Of a DNA stretch of 64,000 nt, positions 9,991 through 19,068 are shown piece by piece; within the stretch, counting starts at the first letter, position 1; each line of letters starts with the position of its first letter. Position numbers and translations under genes: made by a program. The notes beneath the pieces were generated by a model. That model ran no database searches, was not told where the DNA came from, and was given only the letters and a program-made list of their open reading frames with translations. The stretch lies in the NCBI GenBank assembly GCA_043825735.1, contig JBDRRP010000015.1:1-64000 (forward strand). The letters run 5' to 3'. Source of the stretch: Pseudomonadota bacterium. GTDB lineage: Bacteria > Desulfobacterota > Desulfobacteria > Desulfobacterales > JBDRRP01.

Positions 9991-10821
9991 ATGACCCAGG
10001 ACGACTTCAAACGATTTTTACCGGATGATCTTCGGACATACATGTCGCAGGAAAAGGAAAAGGATTATGTCCTGATCGATGTTCGCCAACCCGCTGAATA
10101 CCAGGACGGGCACATTCCCGGCGCCCTACTCATTCCCCTGGGAGAGATGGAGCGGCGCCTTTTCGAACTGCCATCGGACCGTGATCTCGTGTTTTACTGC
10201 CGCAGCGGAGGCCGCAGCGCCGCCGCGGCCACCCTGGCTGTGGATGCAGAGGTCACAGAAAAGTCAGTGGCTCATCTGGAAGGCGGCATGCTTGGTTGGG
10301 ACGGGCACACCCTGACCGGCTACCCCCGGATTCAAATTTTCGATCCTGCCGCCGCTCTGCCCGACCTGCTTAAGGCAGCCATTGATCTCGAAAAGGGTGC
10401 CTGGCGGTTTTATTCCGAAGTCGTCAGCAAGCACCCAAACGCCCCATTCACGCCGGTGTTCAAAGACCTTTCCTTTGCGGAGATCGGCCACGCCCGGGTC
10501 GTGTATCGATTCTGGAAGCATTCGGTGCCAGATGCCCCATCCTTTGAGGCCCTCTACGACGGACTTACCGGCGACGTGCTCGAAGGGGGTATCGATGTCT
10601 CGGCGGCCATCGCCAAGATCGAAACGCTGGACGATCCCCCCTGCATGGGGCTCCTGGAATGGGCGATGCACATCGAACAAAGCGCCTACGATCTCTACCG
10701 CAACACGGCAGAGCGCGCTGCCAACGCGGAAGCCAAGGAAGCGTTCCTCACCATTGCACAGGCGGAAAAGGCCCATATGCGCAGCCTGGTGAAGGCCCTC
10801 TCGGTATGCGGACCGCGCTGA
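9991..10821 (+). CDS. Rhodanese domain + ferritin/rubrerythrin-like domain protein
   Basis: LIDVRQPAEY..GHIPGA, YCRSGGRS; C-half has AIDLEK..FY, EIGH, IEQSAYDLY, EKAH; AAAGGAG RBS. Confidence 0.85.
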   Translation: MTQDDFKRFLPDDLRTYMSQEKEKDYVLIDVRQPAEYQDGHIPGALLIPLGEMERRLFELPSDRDLVFYCRSGGRSAAAATLAVDAEVTEKSVAHLEGGMLGWDGHTLTGYPRIQIFDPAAALPDLLKAAIDLEKGAWRFYSEVVSKHPNAPFTPVFKDLSFAEIGHARVVYRFWKHSVPDAPSFEALYDGLTGDVLEGGIDVSAAIAKIETLDDPPCMGLLEWAMHIEQSAYDLYRNTAERAANAEAKEAFLTIAQAEKAHMRSLVKALSVCGPR

Positions 10822-10927
10822 GCGCGCTCCGGGCGTGAACCATACGTCCGGTAAAATACAACGCGCATGGGTGATTCCGGCCCGACTTTCGTGTCCACAT
10901 CTCTTTTGAAAAATTCACAAAAAAATA

Positions 10928-10955
10928 TTGACAGAAAATTAGTGTTTCATATATT
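10928..10955 (+). promoter_or_regulatory. Putative sigma70 promoter of marR-tolC
   Basis: TTGACA-16 nt-TATATT with an upstream A-tract. Confidence 0.5.
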
Positions 10956-11014
10956 TAGCGCCACTACTATTTCGATAGACTAAGCATTTAACCGGCCCGC
11001 ATGACGGAGGCCAC

Positions 11015-11503
11015 ATGACCGACAGCATCACAATTGACCAGGCACGGTTCGTGTTCACCACCGGCAAAATGATCCATGACCGGGTGTTCCAGATCCAGGT
11101 CCGCCAGCTCGCCGGGATGAAAAAAAAGGAGCGCTTCGGCGACCTGTCCATGGCCCAGGTCAATGCGCTGATGATCATCCGTACCCGCGGGCCATTGTCG
11201 CTGACGCAGTTGGCCGGCCAGCTGGGAGTGTCCCCCCCGTCGGCATCGGCAATGGTTGAGCGGCTCGTGGAAAAGGCGCTGGTATCCCGCGAACAGAGTC
11301 CGGAAGACCGGCGCCGAGTGGTCATCGGAATATCCCCGGCGGCCCTCAAGGAAATCATGACCATCGAGGACGTCGTGTTTCAATCTTTCGTGGACCTGGT
11401 GGCGCGAATCGGGCCTGAAGCCGCCGCGCAGTGGTGTGCGGTGCTTGAAAAAGTTCGTACGGTACTGTCAGATGCGCCTCCCCCCCATCATGGCATGAGC
11501 TAA
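11015..11503 (+). CDS. MarR-family transcriptional regulator
   Basis: LSLTQLAGQLGVSPPSASAMVERLVEKALVSR..EDRR. Confidence 0.92.
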   Translation: MTDSITIDQARFVFTTGKMIHDRVFQIQVRQLAGMKKKERFGDLSMAQVNALMIIRTRGPLSLTQLAGQLGVSPPSASAMVERLVEKALVSREQSPEDRRRVVIGISPAALKEIMTIEDVVFQSFVDLVARIGPEAAAQWCAVLEKVRTVLSDAPPPHHGMS

Positions 11504-11659
11504 CCCATGGAACGGCCCATGAAGCAGCGAACTTGCCGCAGCATCGCTGACCCGGCGTCAGCACGCCGAGAAAAATTTTTGGAGGCTTCCGGGACATCGC
11601 CGCGCCCCCGATATCCAGTCACCAGTTCAACTATTGATGAATCCGTTGAAAGAGGAACT

Positions 11660-13096
11660 ATGGCAACACAGACACTGCGCGTCATCGGCAAATGGACCCT
11701 CACCGTTGCAGCGGCCGCCCTGCTCGCAGTACCCCGCGGCGCCGGCGCCTCTGAAACCATTGGACAAAAAGGCGCCGTCACCCCAGATATCAGTGCCATG
11801 AGCGTTCTCGATCTCAAAACGGCGATGGCGGTCGCCATTGGCGGCAGCCCCACCCTGGCCGCCGCAGCCGAGCGGGTGCAGCAAGCCACCGAACGGGTTA
11901 AGCAGGCCGCCGCTGCCTGGTGGCCCACGCTGGACGCCACGGCATCGGCCAGCCGGGTGGACCAATCCAACACCGATTTCGCCACCAACCTGGCCCTGAC
12001 CCGCGCCCTTGCCGGCAACCCGGCGGCCACCCTCAATGATCCGGAGAACTATTACACTGCCGGTCTGTCGGCCACCTGGGTTCTGTTTGACGGGTTCAAC
12101 CGCAAATTTTCGATCGCCGGCGCCCGTTACGGCGAAGCTCAGAGCCAGGCATCGCTCATGGAAGCACGGCGCCTGCTCCTTTCATCCGTGGCAGCCAGCT
12201 TTCACCAGGCCCAGCTGGCCCGCGAAGGCATCGCGATCTCCGAAGCGGCGGAAGCCTTCAACCTCCAGCAGCTCGACAACGCCAAGGCCCGCTACCGGGT
12301 AGGCACCGGCGCGCTCAGCGATACACTCAATTTTGAAATCCAGGCCAACTCGGCCCGCGCCGACCGGATCACTTCCGAGCGATCCTATGCCCTGGCCATC
12401 ACCGGGCTGGCAGCCATCATGGGACTGCCCACCGCCGCCCTTCCCGATGGGATGGAACTGACCCGGCTGCAGGAGGAAACGCCCGAGTACATGACCCTGC
12501 CGGCGGCCGAAACCGAACTGTCCTACGCCATGGACCACCGGCCGGACGTTCAGCAGATCGATTACGTCATCAAGCAGGCAGAGGCCACGGTCGAACGCGC
12601 GCGCGCGCGCTACTACCCGTCTATCGCCCTCTCGGGCAGCGTTGACGGAAAACGGGCGGGCGATGCCGGTCTTAAAAGCGACGACTTCGGCAACACCATC
12701 GGCGTCTATCTCAATTACAATCTCTTCTCCGGCGGCGCGGACGCCGCCCGGATCCGCGAAGCCCAGCGCGTAGTGGCCGAAGCCCAAAAGAACAGTGATG
12801 CCGTCGCCATCACCGTTGCCAATGACATCCGCCAGGCACTGGCCAGTCTGACGGCGGCCCAGCGCCAGCTCGAGCTCCAGGTCACTAACGCCGCCCTGGT
12901 GCAACAGAACAGAGATCTCGTTGAAAAAGAGTACAACGCCGGACAGGGGTCTTTGGTGCGATTGAACGAAGCCCAACGCGATCTCACTCAGGCCCAGGGC
13001 CGTCTTGCGCTGGCCCGTGTCGGCCTCCGAAATGCCTGGGTCAATCTGGAATCCGCCTCGGCCCGTATCTTAAATCGATTTGCGTCATCTGAATAA
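11660..13096 (+). CDS. TolC-family outer-membrane efflux protein
   Basis: Signal peptide; WWPTL/YYPSI strands, LFDG/LFSGG, helical repeats; AGAGG RBS before ATG 11660. Confidence 0.9.
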   Translation: MATQTLRVIGKWTLTVAAAALLAVPRGAGASETIGQKGAVTPDISAMSVLDLKTAMAVAIGGSPTLAAAAERVQQATERVKQAAAAWWPTLDATASASRVDQSNTDFATNLALTRALAGNPAATLNDPENYYTAGLSATWVLFDGFNRKFSIAGARYGEAQSQASLMEARRLLLSSVAASFHQAQLAREGIAISEAAEAFNLQQLDNAKARYRVGTGALSDTLNFEIQANSARADRITSERSYALAITGLAAIMGLPTAALPDGMELTRLQEETPEYMTLPAAETELSYAMDHRPDVQQIDYVIKQAEATVERARARYYPSIALSGSVDGKRAGDAGLKSDDFGNTIGVYLNYNLFSGGADAARIREAQRVVAEAQKNSDAVAITVANDIRQALASLTAAQRQLELQVTNAALVQQNRDLVEKEYNAGQGSLVRLNEAQRDLTQAQGRLALARVGLRNAWVNLESASARILNRFASSE

Positions 13097-13259
13097 AACA
13101 TCCGGACCTGAAAACGCCGATTACGCAAAAGCATCCTAATTGCAATTACAGTTCCTTTTCGCAGCTTCCCGGATTGAAAGGAAAAGATGAGGTCACCGAC
13201 AGCGCCGGTTAACCCTTGATGCGGATTTCACGTATTTCTTCCTCAATAGGATGTGAAAT

Positions 13260-14066
13260 ATGTTCTCAACAATGAAAATGATGGTGCTTGGGGATACCAA
13301 CGCACTGCGTATGGAACAAAATTGCCTTGTCGGCGTATCCATATTTGCCGCGTTGGCGCTGATCATCGGGAGCATATTCAACGCCGCGCTGGAAATGCCC
13401 TTCTTTGTAGTGGCCGGCACATTCCTTCTCGGGCTCCTTTTTGTCGTTTTTTATTATCTCACACGATTTAAAAAAATTTTCGACCCGCTCTTCTGGCCGA
13501 TGATTGGAGCCGGCAGTCTCATGCTGACATTCCTTTGGGTCTACAATGCCGGTCTACAGGGACCGGCACCGATTTGGGCTCCGATCGTTATCGGTTTTGC
13601 CGTGATCATCGGAAAAGGTCTGCAGCGCCTTTTAGGTACACTGATGTTCTTTTTCAACGTGTGTGCCCTCATGACCATAGAATACGCCGCCCCGGAAATT
13701 ATCATCGGATATTCAACCCGTCTGCAATGGTTCACCGACAGCGCGATCACCGCGTTTATTGCCGCACTGGTCACCTCTTTGTTCGTGCTGTTCATCCACA
13801 ACAGCTATACCCAGCAGCTCACGCGTGCGGAAGAAAACTACGCGCAGCTCAATGCGGCCAAAAACAAGCTCGAGAAGGCAATGCTGGATGTCAAGATCTT
13901 GAAAGGCCTCCTTCCGGTATGTGCCTCCTGCAAGAAGGTTCGAGACGACACGGGCTACTGGAACCAGATCGACGAATACATCCGTGAGCACTCCGAAGCC
14001 ACCGTGACCCACAGCATCTGCCCCGACTGCGCAAAAAGGCTTTACCCTGACATCGACCTCTCCTGA
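13260..14066 (+). CDS. Multi-TM membrane protein with C-terminal CxxCKKxRD...HSICPxC domain
   Basis: About 6 hydrophobic segments, a coiled coil, then LPVCASCKKVRDD...THSICPDC. Confidence 0.8.
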   Translation: MFSTMKMMVLGDTNALRMEQNCLVGVSIFAALALIIGSIFNAALEMPFFVVAGTFLLGLLFVVFYYLTRFKKIFDPLFWPMIGAGSLMLTFLWVYNAGLQGPAPIWAPIVIGFAVIIGKGLQRLLGTLMFFFNVCALMTIEYAAPEIIIGYSTRLQWFTDSAITAFIAALVTSLFVLFIHNSYTQQLTRAEENYAQLNAAKNKLEKAMLDVKILKGLLPVCASCKKVRDDTGYWNQIDEYIREHSEATVTHSICPDCAKRLYPDIDLS

Positions 14067-14240
14067 TCGTCCCACCACGGACAGTGCCCGCCCAGGGCTC
14101 ACATCGTGTCCGGCCCGGGCGCCGTCGTTGCGCCATCCCTTGCGCTGGGAGTCGGCAATGTATACATATTAAACCTATATGCCGTGAAGTCGGGCATCTA
14201 TTCAGAAGCCGCCGTCTCTCAGCGCATCCGGAGAACAGCT

Positions 14241-15182
14241 ATGACCCAATCGACAGCACCAGCTCAAAACGATTTTTTCCTGACCGATATCACTGCTGCG
14301 ACAGGAGCGATCGATGACATCGCGTTGTCAGTGGCAAGCGATTTCGATGCCCAGACATTCGGCCTTTTCCTTCAAGATGCGAAAGCCCTGTTTGCCGGTG
14401 ACTACCCGGGGTATCGTGCATCCAACACCATGTATCACGATTTTTCACACACCATCTCCGTCGTGCTGGCTACGGTCCGTCTGATCCACGGCTGCATGGT
14501 GGACGGGTTTCGATTCTCGGGCAGGGAAGTGCTGCTGACACTGACCGCCGCACTGTTTCATGATGTGGGACTGATTCAGAAATCCGAAGATACGCAGGGA
14601 TCAGGAGCCAAGTACACCGTTGGTCACGAAGAAAGAAGCATCGTGTTTTTGCGTGAATATTTCGCCCGCGGGGTATTTTCAGATGAAGAAATCGAAACGT
14701 GCGCCAATTTCATCCGCTGCACCATTCTCAGCTATCGACCACGCGAACTGACTTTCACCTCCGATTCGACAAAACGGCTGGGCTTCATCGTTGGCGCCGC
14801 CGATCTCATGGCACAAATGGCCGACCGGCTCTACCTGGAAAAGCTACTGCTGCTATACAAGGAATTCGAAGAGGCCCGGCTACCAGGATTCGACTCCGAA
14901 CTCCAGCTTCTTCAGAAGACCAAGGATTTTTATGAAATCGTCGCCAGAAAGCGTTTCGACGAAGATCTCGAATCCGTTCACGCCCACATGCGCTCTCATT
15001 TCAAAGGCTGGTTCGACAGTCCGGTGGACGGCTACACGGAAGCCATCGATGGCAATATCCGCTACCTCGAAGCCCTGATCGATCAGTGCCAGGATTGTTT
15101 CCGGTGCTATCTCGAAAACCTTAAGCGCGGCGGCATCGCCGAACCGCTGCTGGAGTCTCTGCCACCGCCGTCTGGATCGTAG
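14241..15182 (+). CDS. HD-domain metal-dependent phosphohydrolase
   Basis: YHDFSHT, LFHDVG, HEERS, GAADL motifs. Confidence 0.82.
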   Translation: MTQSTAPAQNDFFLTDITAATGAIDDIALSVASDFDAQTFGLFLQDAKALFAGDYPGYRASNTMYHDFSHTISVVLATVRLIHGCMVDGFRFSGREVLLTLTAALFHDVGLIQKSEDTQGSGAKYTVGHEERSIVFLREYFARGVFSDEEIETCANFIRCTILSYRPRELTFTSDSTKRLGFIVGAADLMAQMADRLYLEKLLLLYKEFEEARLPGFDSELQLLQKTKDFYEIVARKRFDEDLESVHAHMRSHFKGWFDSPVDGYTEAIDGNIRYLEALIDQCQDCFRCYLENLKRGGIAEPLLESLPPPSGS

Positions 15183-15353
15183 TGGCGGCGATATCTTCTC
15201 TCTCCGGCGATGAAAATCCGACTTGCCACGCTCGGTATCGCCTCATATTTGTGCATGACAGGAACGCGAGGGGGTGTTATCTCTATACGTGCGGCACTTC
15301 GGTTTTTCGCGCCACCCTCAGACCCCCGCAACCCCTTCCAGAGGTTATCAGCC

Positions 15354-16682
15354 ATGTGTGACACCTTCGTCGTTCTTCCTTCGAGCACCGCCGACGGCAG
15401 CCTCATTTTCGGGAAAAACAGCGACCGGGAACCCAACGAGGCCCAGAGCCTGGAATACCACCCCGCGGCCCGTCCCGGTGGCGATACGCTGCAGTGCACC
15501 TACCGCAGCGTGCCCCAGGTCAAGGAAACCCTGGCCGTGCTCATCAGCCGCCCCTTCTGGATGTGGGGCGCAGAAATGGGGGTCAACGAAAAAGGCGTGG
15601 TCATCGGCAACGAAGCGGTGTTCACCCGCATGCCCGTTTCGCGGGGCACGGAGCATCTCACCGGCATGGATATCCTTCGGCTTGCGCTTGAGCGGTCCGC
15701 TTCGGCTGAAGCGGCTGTGGAATGCATGGTGGGGCTCCTGGCCGACTACGGACAGGGGGGGATCTGCGGCTATCAGGACAAGCGCATGACCTACCACAAC
15801 AGTTTTCTTGTGGCCGATCCCGCGGATGCCTGGCTGTTTGAAACCGCAGGCCCCTACTGGGCCGCGCGCCGGATCACCGGGCACTGCAGCATCAGCAACG
15901 CTCTGAGCATCGGCGAAGACTACGATCGGATTCATCCGGATGCCAGCGCCTACGCTTCATCCAAATGGTGGCGAAAGCGCAGCGGCGCCTTTCACTTTGC
16001 CAATGCATTCAGCGACTGGTTCTTCACCACATTTTCGGCCAGCCGGACCCGCCAGGCACGATCCGCCGCCGTCATCGGCGCCGAAGCGGCATTCTCCCTG
16101 CCGACGGCATTTGCCACGCTGCGTGATCACGGCACAAATTCAGCGCGCCCGGATCAGGGGTTTTTGGGCAGCTCCATCTGCGCCCACGCCGCCAACCCCA
16201 TCGCCCGAAACGCCACCCAGACCACGGGCTCTTTGGTGGTCCACATGAAAGGCGGAGCGCTCACTGTCTGGGCCACCGGCACCGCGGCCCCGTGCACCAG
16301 CGTGTTCAAGCCCATCCGCTTCGAAGGCGCGGTGCTGCCCGATATCGGTCCGGCGCCCGGCGCACACTACGATTCCGAAACCCTCTGGTGGCGCCACGAA
16401 AGCTGTCACCGCACCCTCCTCAAGGATTGGCAGACACGAACAGAAGGTATCGCCGCAGAACGCGCCACATTGGAAAAAGAGCTGATGACGCGGGCCGCCG
16501 CTGCTGCCTCAGGATCGTTTAACGAGCTCACCACGGATGCTTTCCAGCGCGCGGGTACGTTGACTGAGCGCTGGCGGGAGCGGGCAGCATCCACACCGCT
16601 GCAGCACCCTCCCGGCCGGATCTATCGCCGGTACTGGGAAAAGCAGAATCGGGCGGCGGGCATTGAACTGCCACAGCGCTGA
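15354..16682 (+). CDS. C69-family (secernin-like) dipeptidase
   Basis: N-terminal MCDT nucleophile, FGKNSDREPNEAQ, WMWGAEMGVNEKGV, GMDILRLALER. Confidence 0.9.
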   Translation: MCDTFVVLPSSTADGSLIFGKNSDREPNEAQSLEYHPAARPGGDTLQCTYRSVPQVKETLAVLISRPFWMWGAEMGVNEKGVVIGNEAVFTRMPVSRGTEHLTGMDILRLALERSASAEAAVECMVGLLADYGQGGICGYQDKRMTYHNSFLVADPADAWLFETAGPYWAARRITGHCSISNALSIGEDYDRIHPDASAYASSKWWRKRSGAFHFANAFSDWFFTTFSASRTRQARSAAVIGAEAAFSLPTAFATLRDHGTNSARPDQGFLGSSICAHAANPIARNATQTTGSLVVHMKGGALTVWATGTAAPCTSVFKPIRFEGAVLPDIGPAPGAHYDSETLWWRHESCHRTLLKDWQTRTEGIAAERATLEKELMTRAAAAASGSFNELTTDAFQRAGTLTERWRERAASTPLQHPPGRIYRRYWEKQNRAAGIELPQR

Positions 16683-16717
16683 GGACGGCGCGCTGCAAAC
16701 AGGCAGATCCTCTCGCA

Positions 16718-16816
16718 AGCGTTCAACGTTCGATGTTGGAAGTTCATCTTTTAAATACCATCGCAATTCTTTGCGTGCTTGGCGTCTTGGCGAGAGAACC
16801 GGTTTTTGGAGTTGCA
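16718..16816. repeat. Composite of repeat-arm fragments upstream of the CODH operon
   Basis: 16718-16745 is identical (28 nt) to 45353-45380; 16762-16816 closely matches the reverse complement of 40984-41038. Confidence 0.8.
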
Positions 16817-17024
16817 GTTGACCTGCGTTGCATGCCGTTGCAGCATCGTACGAAAACGGAGGCCATTTCTCCCTTGACCTTCGCCCCCCAAATCGTTAAT
16901 GTTTTTCCCGCTCTCGCGCCTGTCCTGCTCCCACGACGCTAAGATATTCCATCTCCTGCTGAATCATGATGCGGTAACCGCTTTCCGGCCCCGACCCTTG
17001 GGGGCTTCAACCGGGAGGACGATC

Positions 17025-18251
17025 ATGAAATTCGTGATTATCGGCAACGGCATCGCCGGGGTGTGCGCCGCCGAAGCGATCCGGTCCGAGGACGCGAAAG
17101 GCGACATCACCATCATCGGTGACGAAACGTTTCCCCCATACAGCCGCCCCATGATCAGCCATGTGCTGGACGGCTCCCAACCCCACGGCAAACTCCCCGT
17201 ACGGTCTGAGCGTTTCTACGAGGACCTTGAGATCACGCCGCTGCTCGGCCAGAGGGCTACCGGCATCGATGTAGACAACCGACAGGTGTTTTTTGCCGAC
17301 GGCCGCCGCGTCGATTTCGACCGCCTGCTCATCGCCGCCGGCGCCGATCCACGGCCAGTGGCCGCGGAGGGGCTGGATCTGAAGCACATTTTCTACATGC
17401 GCACCCAGGATCACGTGAAGCAGCAGGTGGCGGCTTTGGACGGCGCCCGCCGGGCCGTGGTGCTTGGCGGCGGACTGGTGGGCTTCAAAGCCGCCTACGG
17501 CCTTCTCAAACGCGGCCTGTCGGTCACCATGCTGATAACCTCGGGCTATCCCCTCTCCATGCAGGTGGATCCGACGGCCGGAAAAATGATTCTGGACGAG
17601 CTGGTTAGGCACGGACTCACCGTGGAAGTGGGGGCCAGTGTCAGCGCCTTCGAGGGCAACGGCAGGGTCCAGGCCGCTGTCACCGACACCGGCAACCGGA
17701 TACCCTGCGATCTTGTCATCATCGGCAAAGGGGTGCTGCCGGTCCGGGACTTCATCCCCCGGGACAGGATCGAGGTCGATTTGGGCATCGTGGTGGACGA
17801 GCGCCTTCAGACGAGTGCCCCCGGCATCTATGCCGCCGGGGATGTGGCCGAGTCGGTGGACATCGCCAGGGGCTGCCGCTGGGTGAACGCGCTGTGGCCC
17901 GAAGCAGCCAATCAGGGGCGGGTGGCCGGTCTCAATATGGCCGGTCGCTCGGTGGCCTTTCCCGGCAGCCTCAGCCGCAATGTCATGCGCGTCTTCGGCC
18001 TGGATGTCCTCACCGTGGGCAATGCCAATCCCGCACCGGATTCGGGATGCCGAATCCTGGATACCACCGACAGCGGCCGCTACCGCCGCATGGTATTCAA
18101 GGATGATCTGCTGGTGGGTGCGGTGATGATCAATGGCATCGAACAGGGCGGCGTGCTGAGAGCCCTCATCGAAAACCGGATACCCATCCGTCTCCCGCCA
18201 CAGGCGCTCGTGCAGAACGGCTTCAATTTCGGCCGGATGCTGCCCGGTTGA
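17025..18251 (+). CDS. FAD/NAD(P)-dependent oxidoreductase (NirB/rubredoxin reductase-like, CODH-associated)
   Basis: IIGNGIAG, YSRP, VLGGGLVG, TSAPGIYAAGD; GGGAGG RBS. Confidence 0.9.
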   Translation: MKFVIIGNGIAGVCAAEAIRSEDAKGDITIIGDETFPPYSRPMISHVLDGSQPHGKLPVRSERFYEDLEITPLLGQRATGIDVDNRQVFFADGRRVDFDRLLIAAGADPRPVAAEGLDLKHIFYMRTQDHVKQQVAALDGARRAVVLGGGLVGFKAAYGLLKRGLSVTMLITSGYPLSMQVDPTAGKMILDELVRHGLTVEVGASVSAFEGNGRVQAAVTDTGNRIPCDLVIIGKGVLPVRDFIPRDRIEVDLGIVVDERLQTSAPGIYAAGDVAESVDIARGCRWVNALWPEAANQGRVAGLNMAGRSVAFPGSLSRNVMRVFGLDVLTVGNANPAPDSGCRILDTTDSGRYRRMVFKDDLLVGAVMINGIEQGGVLRALIENRIPIRLPPQALVQNGFNFGRMLPG

Positions 18252-18322
18252 CAACGATGCCCGATCGTAGGTGCTCTTTGATTCAGCAACCCAAGGGCAA
18301 CAAACCCGTAAAAAGGCATTTT

Positions 18323-18404
18323 TCTCGCAAAGACGCCAAGTACGCCAAGAAAAAATTATTTAATACCCTTTCTTTATCTTTGCGACCTTTGCGGCTTTGC
18401 GAGA
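18323..18404. repeat. Inverted 9-mer triple-repeat hairpin inside the CODH operon
   Basis: tctcgcaaagacgccaagtacgccaaga / tctttgcgacctttgcggctttgcgaga. Confidence 0.85.
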
Positions 18405-18447
18405 GATCGAGCCTTTTTACCGCTTCATCAAGTGAAAAGGAGGCGCC

Positions 18448-19047
18448 ATGAAACACGTCGTAGTTCACCCCGAACGCTGCGTGGGTTGCATGCAGTGCAT
18501 GCTGGCGTGTGCAACCGCCCACTCCCGCAGCCTGACGCTGTTTGCCGCCACGCTGGAAACCCCGCTGCCCAAGCCGCGTATCCACGTTGGCGCGGGCCGA
18601 TTCAATGAAGGCTTTCCCAACCGGTGTCGTCACTGCGACCCGGCGCCCTGCCAAATGGCGTGTCTGGCCGGCGCCATCTACCGGCGCGACAGTACGGCCA
18701 CCGTGATGATCAACCCGGATCGGTGCATTAACTGCGCCTCCTGCGCCATGGCCTGCCCTTACGGGGTGATCCGCTTTCATGAGGATCCCCTGGGACCGAC
18801 CGGTCACGCCATCGCCGTCAAATGCGACAATTGCAGCGCCCGGACAGCCAATGGCCAGATCCCCGCCTGTGTGGAGATCTGCAAGGCCGGTGCCCTCACC
18901 TACGAGGAAATGGACGACGCCATGCGGCGCAAGACCCGGGACGTGGCCCGAAGCATGTCAACAGGCGCCGACCAGCCGACCGTCCCCGCCGGCGTGGCCC
19001 TGCTGAAATCCATCAAACAATCCGAACTGCAGCTCAGCGGCCGCTGA
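18448..19047 (+). CDS. cooF: CooF-like 4x[4Fe-4S] ferredoxin subunit
   Basis: CVGCMQCMLAC, CRHCDPAPC..AC, CINCASCAMACPYG, KCDNC..PACVEIC; directly upstream of cooS. Confidence 0.9.
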   Translation: MKHVVVHPERCVGCMQCMLACATAHSRSLTLFAATLETPLPKPRIHVGAGRFNEGFPNRCRHCDPAPCQMACLAGAIYRRDSTATVMINPDRCINCASCAMACPYGVIRFHEDPLGPTGHAIAVKCDNCSARTANGQIPACVEICKAGALTYEEMDDAMRRKTRDVARSMSTGADQPTVPAGVALLKSIKQSELQLSGR

Positions 19048-19068
19048 AGCGCCATCAAGGAGGACGCC

